In this document: piece by piece, positions 42,486 to 52,697 of the stretch | How positions within the stretch are numbered: the stretch's first letter is position 1 | Layout of the letters: every line of letters begins with the position of its first letter | Assembly: GCA_964016885.1 (NCBI GenBank) | Contig: OZ024741.1 | Span: 280,488,001-280,552,000 of the forward strand | Length of the DNA: 64,000 nt | Origin: Eledone cirrhosa | Taxonomy: Eukaryota | Reading direction: 5' to 3' | Translations under genes and position numbers: made by a program | The notes under the pieces: generated by a model | Databases searched by the model: none | Told to the model about the DNA's origin: nothing | Seen by the model: the letters and a program-made list of their open reading frames with translations, nothing else

Positions 42486-42896
42486 CAGTTTTAAATAAAT
42501 ACTTTTAGCGCAGTCAAAGAACTTTTCTTTTCTTTTTTTTTTGCATTTGTTGGTTGTGAACAACAATCGAGACTCCTAAATAAATACTTTCAGACTTTGG
42601 TACTGATTTAAAATAAAACGATCCCATGTAGACATATTTATTCAATTATTTTCTGATCAATGCCTAAACATATCTTGTCCATACAACAATCCTTCAAATT
42701 AAAATTGCATAGTGCTTCGTGACCTAAAAATGTTCAATCTTCATTTTTTTCTTTTTTTTTTACATACGTTTCTTTTACTAGAATTTTCAAATAAACTAAA
42801 CATTTTAAATTTCAAAAAAAAAAAATGCAAAATAATTATTTGTTTTATTTCAATGTTTTTTTTTTATATATTGTATTCTGTGATTATTTATATCAG

Positions 42897-42928
<32 letters not shown>

Positions 42929-43519
42929 CTTTTTCTGTTTTATGAATAAATTTAGTCCTTTTGGTGGAGCATCGGACACGATGCTTCGTGGTATGGAGTT
43001 ATATCCTTTTACTCCTGATTCCAAATCCCGCTGAGGTTAGCTTTTCTTTTCCTCCTTATAAGGTTCGATAAAATAAAGTACCAGTAACACACTTGGGGTC
43101 GATTTAATCAACTTTCCCATGCCCTAAAATTGTTAGCCTTATGCCTGCCTAAATCAGAAACCATTATCATATTTTTAAGGTAACATATTAGTTACCTTAA
43201 AAGTTGTTAAAATACGTTAAGGTATCTCTCTCTCTCTCTGTGTTCTGAGGTCCACTTTGCCATTCACCCTTTCGGGATTGATAAAAAATGTACCAATCCA
43301 ATATTGGGGTCAAATCTTCCCCTGTATCTGTTCCCATTTCCTCTTTACCACTATCTCTCTCTTTCTCTGGAAGAAATTGGCATATTCAGAGCTGGAGAAG
43401 GATGGGCTCTGCCAAGATTAAAAAATGCCCAAGAAACACTGTGTATTACTATGGCACCTCTACAACTTTACTAGGAGTTACAGGTCCAAAAATATGTTTT
43501 TCATTAAATACAATGTACT

Positions 43520-43992
43520 GTGGCCTCACACACTTACACCTCTCTAAGACAATGTCACTGGACCGAGAGCTTTGGCACTACGCAGTAATACAGAAGACCT
43601 GCCTTGCCTATGTACAAAGCGAAACCTACAGTCAGTAGGCACCTCTTAACCAAATATATGCCCCATCCCACTACCCCTACTCCACCCCACTCCCACCAAC
43701 ACCACCCTTTCTCTGTAAAGTTATGTCCTAAATAAATGAGGTCGTGTAGGTGTCACAACAAAAAAACACAGTCCACACTGTAATGTGGCCGTGTAGGTAA
43801 CACGGGAAAAACCTCCCAATTCCACACTGTAAACGTGGTTGGTGTTAGGAAGGGCATCCAGCCGTAGAAAACCTGCCAGACAGCCCTATTTGAGCGAGAC
43901 ATGGGCACCTGACCAATCTTGCCTCAAGTAGGACAATTCCCGTCTAAACCCATGCTAGCGTGGAAGATAGACGTTAAACGTTGATGATGATG
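43520..43992 (+). mobile_element. 3' end of the RTE LINE family
   Basis: LTHLHLSKTMSLDRELWHYAVIQKT, then a 3' UTR homologous to 6050-6628 ending in (GAT)n. UTR-only inverted pieces at 39245-39415 and 39755-39855. Confidence 0.85.
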
Positions 43993-44459
43993 TGGAACCT
44001 CAGTTCACAAATATCTCTCATGAACAAATCAGTTCATGAACAATTTTTTAGAACATAAGATGTCTCGAGTATCAAAAATGCAAGTCAGCAAAGTAACAAA
44101 CAAGCTGTGTAGTTAGTTACTATGGTGATATCTATCTATCTGTCTATCACATAGTCTCTCTCTCTCTCTCAATGTATTTCTCACTCAACATTTCGTATGA
44201 GAAAAATAGTTTTGGTTTACGAACATTTCGGATTACAAACGGCTTTTAGGAATGAATCAAGTTCATGAACTGAGGTTCCATTTTACTTGAATTAATTAAT
44301 GAAGAATTTGATGGGTTTTATTGAAATTATTAATTCATTATTAAGATGGTATTTGTAACATATCTTAATGATTCAGCAGAAAATACCTAAAAATAGGTTT
44401 GCCAATTTAAATGTTTGCAATATTTTCATCAGTGGACAGATCTTTGTGAAAATGTGCAG

Positions 44460-46188
44460 TAAATGACTTCCTGGAGCTAGTGCTGGACTCAAACTGGTCC
44501 CAAGTAGTCACCTCCCCAACAAGAGGTGACAACACTTTGGATCTACTCTTCACCACTACTCCTGAAACAGTTATTAGTGTTACTACTGAGGAACCTTTAG
44601 GTGACTCTGATCATGCTATGATCATTACCAATCTATCCCTCATGGGCAGTAACAAAAACCACTTACTTTGACTGGAATAAAGCAGACTGGAACTGTTACT
44701 GCACCGAGTTGCAACATCCAAACTGGCTTGAGTTCTACGACTCTGGAGATGTTAACACTGTACTCCAGAACATCCTGAACTCAATATATGCAGCATTGGT
44801 GCCACGTAAGCAGAAAAAACATCCCAAAAGTGCAATTTGGGAGACTGCAGCAGTCCGTCTTGCCAGAAAAGAATGTCGCAATGCTGAACGTGAGTACAAA
44901 CTGCATAAATCAGATATCAATAGGAAAAAGCAAAATAAATTATCCAACTATCTCAAACAGGTGACAAAAAAGGCAGTGCTTCAATTTGAGCAGCGCATAG
45001 CAACCAGCCCTGACAGTAAGGTGTTCTGGAAGTATGTTCATTCAAAGCAGAGGCCTCACTCTCCAGTTGGTCCTCTTCGCAATCCCCACGCAAGCCAGGT
45101 TACTGACGACCCCAAGGAATGCGCAGAACTCATTGCTGAATGCTATGGAGGCATTTTCACTATTGAAGACCAGAGTGTACCGTCACCTCTGACATCGGAT
45201 TCTATTACAACTATGGAATTTACACCTGCAATGCTGCGATATCACTTTCAAAATAAACGCAACCATGCCTATCCTAGTCTTGGTGTTACGTATCTGCTTC
45301 TCAAACGTGGTGGGTACTTCCTTCTGCACCAGCTATCATGCTTCTTCCAATTCTGTCTGAACAACGGTGCTACTCCAGAACAGTGGAAAACTATCAGTGT
45401 CATTCCTCTGTTCAAAAAGGGTGACCACACACCACCTGTGCACTATCGTCCAGTCAGTCTTACTAGCTGCATTGCCAAACTGATGGAATCCTGTGTCAGC
45501 GAAACGGTTGGAACTTCTGGAACTGTCATAGTCTTATCCGGCCCTTCGCAATTTGGATTTATCCCCAACTCCAGCTGCTGTGATCAACTTATCGAGTTTC
45601 TTGAAGACATCACCCGGATCACTGATGGTGGCTCATGGGTGGATGTTGTTTACCTTGACTTTACTAAAGCTTTCAATTCTGTGCCACACAAAAGACTTAT
45701 GGCAAAACTCTCTGCAATGGGTGTGAAAGATGATCTTTTTAACTGGTTGAAGTCCTTCATTCTCAGTCGAAGAGAGGTAGTCACGGTTCTAGGACAGCAT
45801 TCCTCACCATATGAGATGTCATCTAGTGTACCACAGGGATCTGTTCTTGGGCCCCCTTTTGTTTGTGATATATATTAATGACATAGATGCCAACTTAAAG
45901 AATGCCACAGTACTGAAATATACAGATGACATCAAGCTGTACCTTGAGATAAAAAGGACAGATCCTGAACACTATAGATCTTGCCTGTAATCTGACCTGA
46001 ACACAATGCAACAATGGATCACAGACTGGCAACTCAAGCTAGCTGTGGACAAGTGTACCACCATGCATTTTGGGAGTAAAAACCCAGCGACCACATACTC
46101 CCTTCACAACACTAATATCAGGAAGTCATCTTTTGAGCGTGACCTGGGCATTATGGTCAGCAGCGATTTGCATTGGACGAAGCACGTC
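44460..46188 (+). mobile_element. CR1-like LINE fragment (APE end, linker, RT)
   Basis: PTRGDNTLDLLFT, LGDSDHAMI, YRPVSLTS, QFGF, YLDFTKAFNSVPH, VPQGSVLGP and Y(T)DDIKL. Truncated at both ends. Confidence 0.92.
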
Positions 46189-47009
46189 TTTAAAAATGAA
46201 ACGGCTATCACCTTTAATAGAAATCTTATTCAAAAGATTTCAATTAAATTATATAAATTTTGCAGTGTAAAAAAGAAAAGAAAAAACAAATAATTGTTTC
46301 TACTTTAGGCACAAGGCCAGCAATTCCCCAGTACATTACTGGTACTTTATTTTATCGACCCCGTAAGGAAAAACAAATAATGAAAGTAAGAGGACAGAGA
46401 GAGCAGTATATTCTACACTACTGTCTGAACGGTATATCTCAGATGTGCCACACAGATAAAAAGGTGAAGACATTGCTGCAGAAAATAGCTGGTGATACCC
46501 ACTGCATCAGCCATTCCACTTCTCAAGGGAGGGGGATTTTTTTTTTTTCAGGTAGGATGCACTCCTCACAATTTTGTGGAGAAAAACACAGCAGTCCTGG
46601 AATCAAGAGGTCTCGAAGGCGAGCAGCAATAAAAGTTCTGATATTTGGCTATCATCCACTCCTTTGCATTAAGGGTGACAGTGATCAAATTTGTGATTGA
46701 AGCAACAAGGAAACAAGGTTGGAAGTGGAGAACATGTGACATTCCAGGTTAGAGATTTACCCACCCTTGAATGGGAAGTGGGTTATTCTGTTTGGGTGCT
46801 TGCCAACAGTATGGTTGGGGGCCAGTAGGCTCTAGTTGTGATGGGAAACAGCCACAACAAACATACTACTGATGATATTGTTCAAGGGAGCCGACCTGTA
46901 ACTTCTATTTTATAAATCGTTTTTATATTGACTTTTCCATGATGTTGCTACCTGGTAATTTTGTTTTGTTGTAGTTGCTAGGAAACTTATAAATAAAAAA
47001 GAAAAGGAA

Positions 47010-47313
47010 GTAAGATCCTCTACGGTCACGAGTGGTCCTCCGAGGCACATGTCTGGTTGTTTGTGGAAGATCAGCTGTCGCCCATGCATATTAGTCTCCC
47101 CACTTCACGTCACCGATGTTGTCCCAGAGAAAGGCAATGGCCGATACAGCTTGGCTCCATTGACGTCGTAACTCATTTCGACTGGAGTAAACTGGTGCAA
47201 CGTGAAATAAAGTATCTTGTTCAAGAACACAACACACAACTCTCCCTGGAATTGAAGTAACAACCACACGGTTGTAAGCCCGACGCTCTAACCACTAAGC
47301 CATGCGTCTTCAC
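47010..47313 (-). mobile_element. tRNA-headed SINE (third family); second copy at 60368-60500(+)
   Basis: Minus strand GAAGACGCATGGCTTAGTGGTTAGAGCG (A box) ... GTGTTCTTGAACAAGATACTTTATTTC. The 60.4-kb copy has TGGCTGAGTGG and GAGTTCAACTCC. Confidence 0.75.
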
Positions 47314-47567
47314 AACCTTTCAATATAATACAAAAAAATATAAATAATCAAAACGAGAGAGAAAAAAAAAACATTAATTCAACACTAAGTGTGTCAATTG
47401 ATCACACACCACAACTGATTGATTTCAATTCGAGCCTGTATAGAGCGAAGTGATGTAGCTGTGTGGGAATAGGTAAGAAGATTAAATAATCTGCTTATTA
47501 AAGTTTAAAGGGAGGCCACTCATAGTATTTTCAAAATTAAACTGTGTAATGTTATCTTTATTTAAAA

Positions 47568-48070
47568 CAAGCCGAGATACCCAGCTTCGCCGGGGTAAAC
47601 AGATAAGAGAAGACCGGTAAAAGAGAAAACGGCTGTATTGGATGCGTTGTTAGGGTTACAGTATGTGTGACAAAACAAAAACAGTAAAACATCTTCGTGC
47701 ATAGTATATGAAGATTTCAGGTGTTCCCACTAGTGAACAACCTACATATAACTGTCCATGGGTAAAAACTGATTCTCTCATATTCAATCCTACAAGTTTA
47801 AAACTCTGACCACCAATTTTATTTATGGTCATAGCAAAACTGGCTCTAACAGGGAACTGAAGTCTTGAGAATTTGAACGGCAGCTCGGTAGAGAAAGGGA
47901 TGAGAGGAATCTTGGGGATAGATTCACGTTCTCCTTGATGATTGCCTCCAAGCATTGTTACTACTAGGGGATGGATCATCATCCGCCTGACTGTTAAGCA
48001 TGTGCCATGCATAGACGTTGCTGGTCCAGGTTTCTCAAAAGGATTATGGCAGTTCCAATCTTTTATATTA
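47568..48070 (-). mobile_element. Helitron 3' fragment with the Pif1-like helicase C-terminus
   Basis: ORF 47656-48114 has IPLIP...LPFKFSRLQFPVRASFAMTINK..GQS...VFTHGQLYVGCS. Minus-strand terminus is a CCCCGGCGAAGCTGGG hairpin followed by CTTG|T. Confidence 0.85.
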
Positions 48071-48149
48071 TATATATATAAAAACAAATAAATAATCGAG
48101 AATCGAAATCTCAACCCACGAAATCACGAAACACAATCTTCGAAATATA

Positions 48150-48429
48150 TATATATAAGGGTTAAAATACTGGAGCGTGTTGGAGTTAAACACCCTCTTC
48201 GTATTATAGAAATGACAGTAAAAGGTATAGCTCAATGTAGTTAAACAGAGCCCTAAATCTTGCAATACTTTAGTGTATGTACACTCCATATTCTTCGGAG
48301 TTTCCGGCTTGTATTGGCCGATAATACTTCTTGTTGTTTTAATTGCCCTGATGAGTCCTTAATAGGACGAAACATTGTCGGCTAATAAAGACTTTTGATG
48401 TATTGAAGGCTTCTTTGTTTTACTTTCTT

Positions 48430-48430
<1 letters not shown>
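48150..48430 (+). mobile_element. Probable Penelope-like element 3' remnant (pLTR) carrying a hammerhead, bounded by (TA)n
   Basis: Degenerate frame VKILERV...LRIIE...LN resembles a GIY-YIG C-terminus (weak). It is followed by a minimal type I hammerhead and AATAAA. Confidence 0.55.
48337..48390 (+). ncRNA. Minimal type I hammerhead ribozyme (family A), predicted cleavage after C48379
   Basis: GCC-CUGAUGA-GUCCU(UAAU)AGGAC-GAAAC-AUU-GUC/GGC. All core nucleotides present; stems I and II pair. Confidence 0.85.
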
Positions 48431-48493
<63 letters not shown>

Positions 48494-48686
48494 TAAGTTA
48501 AAGTGTACATCTACATATGTATACGGAAGTATTAGTATGCATATAAATACACACATGTATACATATGTACATGTACTGAGTTTTTCACTAGACACTTTAC
48601 AGTGAGTGTCAGCTAGTCTGTACGTAACCACACAGACGGACCGGGTTTTAGAGTCATACGAGTTTTCAAGGAAACACATTTCCTCT

Positions 48687-48781
48687 ATTCTCCAGAGGGC
48701 CAGACAGGAATATTGGACTAGTTTCGATGTTGTTACATCTCATCAGCAATATTTACCCATCTTCCGGCTTCTCTGGAGAAT
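48687..48781 (-). ncRNA. Type I hammerhead ribozyme (family B, inverted copy, intact core), predicted cleavage between 48716 and 48715
   Basis: Reverse complement of 49408-49502. Confidence 0.88.
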
Positions 48782-49407
48782 TGTAAAAGCACATATCGTT
48801 ATATGCTTTTTCTATGAAAATTAGTAGTGGGTAGACTAATCTGCATAGAACGTGAGTCATTGTACGCACCGGTTCAACGGAAACGATAAAAACAAATAAC
48901 GAAACGAAATTAAATTTCGTTTCGCTTCTAACTCACTTTTGTATGACTGACGCTTAAACAATTAAGTTAAAGTGTACATCTACATATGTATACGGAAGTA
49001 TTAGTATGCATATAAATACACACATATATACATATGTACATGTACTGAGTTTTTCACTAGACACTTTACAGTGAGTGTCAGCTAGTCTGTGGTTACGTAC
49101 AGACTAGCTGACACTCACTGTAAAGTGTCTAGTGAAAAACTCAGTACATGTACATATGTATACATGTGTGTATTTATATGCATACTAATACTTCCGTATA
49201 CATATGTAGATGTACACTTTAACTTAATTGTTTAAGCGTCAGTCATACAAAAGTGAGTTAGAAGCGAAACGAAATTTAATTTCGTTTCGTTATTTGTTTT
49301 TATTGTTTCCGCTGAACCGGTGCGTACAATGACTCACGTTCTATGCAGATTAGTCTACCCACTACTAATTTTCATAGAAAAAGCATATAACGATATGTGC
49401 TTTTACA

Positions 49408-49502
49408 ATTCTCCAGAGAAGCCGGAAGATGGGTAAATATTGCTGATGAGATGTAACAACATCGAAACTAGTCCAATATTCCTGTCTGGCCCTCTGGAGA
49501 AT
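49408..49502 (+). ncRNA. Type I hammerhead ribozyme (family B, copy 1), predicted cleavage after C49473
   Basis: AAUAUUG-CUGAUGA-GAUGU(AACA)ACAUC-GAAAC-UA-GUC/CAAUAUU. Stem I extends through internal loops to AUUCUCCAGAG/CUCUGGAGAAU. Stem III is the palindrome ACUAGU. Confidence 0.92.
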
Positions 49503-49876
49503 AGAGGAAATGTGTTTCCTTGAAAACTCGTATGACTCTAAAACCCGGTCCGTCTGTGTGGTTACGTACAGACTAGCTGACACTCACTGTAAAGTGTCTA
49601 GTGAAAAACTCAGTACATGTACATATGTATACATGTGTGTATTTATATGCATACTAATACTTCCGTATACATATGTAGATGTACACTTTAACTTAATTGT
49701 TTAAGCGTCAGTCATACAAAAGTGAGTTAGAAGCGAAACGAAATTTAATTTCGTTTCGTTATTTGTTTTTATTGTTTCCGCTGAACCGGTGCGTACAATG
49801 ACTCACGTTCTATGCAGATTAGTCTACCCACTACTAATTTTCATAGAAAAAGCATATAACGATATGTGCTTTTACA

Positions 49877-49971
49877 ATTCTCCAGAGAAGCCGGAAGATG
49901 GGTAAATATTGCTGATGAGATGTAACAACATCGAAACTAGTCCAATATTCCTGTCTGGCCCTCTGGAGAAT
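49877..49971 (+). ncRNA. Type I hammerhead ribozyme (family B, copy 2), predicted cleavage after C49942
   Basis: Identical to copy 1, 469 bp downstream. Confidence 0.92.
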
Positions 49972-50345
49972 AGAGGAAATGTGTTTCCTTGAAAACTCGT
50001 ATGACTCTAAAACCCGGTCCGTCTGTGTGGTTACGTACAGACTAGCTGACACTCACTGTAAAGTGTCTAGTGAAAAACTCAGTACATGTACATATGTATA
50101 CATGTGTGTATTTATATGCATACTAATACTTCCGTATACATATGTAGATGTACACTTTAACTTAATTGTTTAAGCGTCAGTCATACAAAAGTGAGTTAGA
50201 AGCGAAACGAAATTTAATTTCGTTTCGTTATTTGTTTTTATTGTTTCCGCTGAACCGGTGCGTACAATGACTCACGTTCTATGCAGATTAGTCTACCCAC
50301 TACTAATTTTCATAGAAAAAGCATATAACGATATGTGCTTTTACA

Positions 50346-50440
50346 ATTCTCCAGAGAAGCCGGAAGATGGGTAAATATTGCTAATGAGATGTAACAACAT
50401 CGAAACTAGTCCAATATTCCTGTCTGGCCCTCTGGAGAAT
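50346..50440 (+). ncRNA. Type I hammerhead (family B, copy 3) with the core mutation G5A, probably inactive
   Basis: Core reads CUAAUGA at 50381-50387 instead of CUGAUGA. Confidence 0.8.
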
Positions 50441-50715
50441 AGAGGAAATGTGTTTCCTTGAAAACTCGTATGACTCTAAAACCCGGTCCGTCTGTGTGGT
50501 TACGTACATACTAGCTGACACTCACTGTAAAGTGTCTAGTGAAAAACTCAGTACATGTACATATGTATACATGTGTGTATTTATATGCATACTAATACTT
50601 CCGTATACATATGTAGATGTACACTTTAACTTAATTGTTTAAGCGTCAGTCATACAAAAGTGAGTTAGAAGCGAAACGAAATTTAATTTCGTTTCGTTAT
50701 TTGTTTTTATATATA

Positions 50716-50785
<70 letters not shown>

Positions 50786-50979
50786 GATAAATCTACCAAG
50801 AGTTTACGGTAGTGTCCAATCCGTATGAAGAACTCAATGTAATCCGGATATCATGGAAAGAAGAGATGCAATGAAAAATCACTTTCGGTGAAAGATAAAC
50901 GGAATACAGAGTCAAGATAAAATATTAAAAAAATAATGAATAAAACAATGAAACAGTTCCTTATATTAAACAAAAAAAG

Positions 50980-51143
50980 TTCATTATTTAACGATCGTTT
51001 CTAGGATATATATGTGTTAGAATTGGCATGCATATTCAACAGATCTATGTACAAAATTATACAAAATTATACAAAATTATACAAACTATCAAAATTAAAT
51101 ATACATACCAACACATATATATGCCGTCTTCAGAAATAATGAA
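50980..51143 (-). ncRNA. Type I hammerhead-like motif (family C, minus copy)
   Basis: Reverse complement of 51162-51315 with one extra 10-nt loop repeat. Confidence 0.6.
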
Positions 51144-51161
51144 ATATATTTATTGATATAT

Positions 51162-51315
51162 TTCATTATTTCTGAAGACGGCATATATATGTGTTGGTAT
51201 GTATATTTAATTTTGATAGTTTGTATAATTTTGTATAATTTTGTACATAGATCTGTTGAATATGCATGCCAATTCTAACACATATATATCCTAGAAACGA
51301 TCGTTAAATAATGAA
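51162..51315 (+). ncRNA. Type I hammerhead-like motif with a very long stem II (family C), predicted GUU site at 51303-51305
   Basis: UUCAUUAUUU-CUGAAGA-[long stem II]-GAAAC-GAUC-GUU/AAAUAAUGAA. Perfect 10-bp stem I and palindromic stem III AACGAUCGUU. The base of stem II is non-canonical (C...A). Confidence 0.65.
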
Positions 51316-51377
51316 CTTTTTTTGTTTAATATAAGGAACTGTTTCATTGTTTTATTCATTATTTTTTTAATATTTTA

Positions 51378-51636
<259 letters not shown>

Positions 51637-51907
51637 GCGCGTGTGTGTAAACCAACGTTCAATTCAATAGAGACGTTGACCGCGAAACACAAACATTGTT
51701 GATAGAGAGAATCCTTTTTGGTTGTCTCACAACCTGCTAGAAATAGCAATCAGGTTGGTTAACATACCCGAGATGTTTTTCTTCATTGATTTTATAAAAT
51801 GAGTATCAATATTCCATTGGTGTACTTACTTTTCGATTGTCAGTTTCGTGTTTGTATGATGCGCGAAGATACCAACCAAACAACAAACATCTCTCTTTTA
51901 TATTATA

Positions 51908-52696
51908 ACTAGCATTAAAGCCCGGCGTTCCTCGGGGTCATTAAGTTACCAAAGTTAGGTTGCACCACCCATTTTATGGCAGCACTTTTTTGTCTGCCAG
52001 GCACTGGGTGAATGAATTGCAGACCTGTGCCAGCAGTGACAATTGTAGTTTCGCCTATGGATATTATCTCTGTGCAAAAAAGTGTTGAAATTTATTGTTT
52101 CACAGTACTTGCGCAACACGCGCGTAGACGATGCCAGCCGAACAACAGAGCTGCGATGGAGTTGTTCTGCATGGTTGTCTGTGTGTTTTCTAAATTTAAG
52201 ACAGTAGGGAGGGTTGTGATATGAGGGAGAGTTAGCTGTTGTTTCTAGCAGGTTTAGTGACCTCATAGAGGATATGTGTTTTCTAAATTTAAGACAGTAG
52301 GGAGGGGTGTGATATGGGGGAGAGTTAGCTGCTGTTTCTAGCAGGTTTAGTAACCTCATAGAGGATATGTGTTTTCTAAATTTAAGACAGTAGGGAGTGG
52401 TGTGAACGGACAGTATCACCATCAAGTTTGGAAAGAGAAAGTAGCAGAAAATATGAAGTTGTATAGATTTTGAATGGTAGTTGAAAGAGTTCAGCAGTTT
52501 AAATGAGAGAGAAAAATCGTAAAATATTGAGTTTTATCTATTTTTTGCGTAATTGTGGGTGAAATTGAAAAAATTATCTGCGTCAAGACACAATCGAAGC
52601 TATTTCGAATACTGAATTGTAAATTTCAATTTAAGGAATTCTATATCGTAGATTTCTATAACGAAGGAGCATGACCACACACTGAGCTTTATAGAT
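51908..52696 (-). mobile_element. Non-autonomous Helitron-like element with an internal ~93-bp tandem repeat (52180-52395)
   Basis: Minus-strand 3' end CCCCGAGGAACGCCGGG hairpin + CTAG|T. Putative 5' end A|TCTATAAAG at ~52696. Confidence 0.65.
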
Positions 52697-52697
52697 T

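Larger units (their letters stand above)
48489..50710. mobile_element. 469-bp hammerhead-bearing tandem array (retrozyme-like): ~1.3 units on - (48489-49090) head-to-head with ~3.5 units on + (49088-50710), flanked by (TA)n
   Basis: Identical ORFs recur with a 469-bp period (49365/49834; 49510/49979/50448) and inverted at 48461-48824. No credible protein. One hammerhead per full unit. Confidence 0.9.

Noticed and set aside
46380-46900. Possible LINE endonuclease remnant or exon
   Set aside because: Too degenerate to assign; no convincing motif or splice pair found by eye.
48461-50642. Repeated 64-72-aa ORFs (MSASLYVTTQ..., MCFLENSYDS...) as a small gene family
   Set aside because: They begin at GTG codons, overlap on opposite strands and merely reflect the 469-bp repeat. 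The RNA structure explains the unit better.
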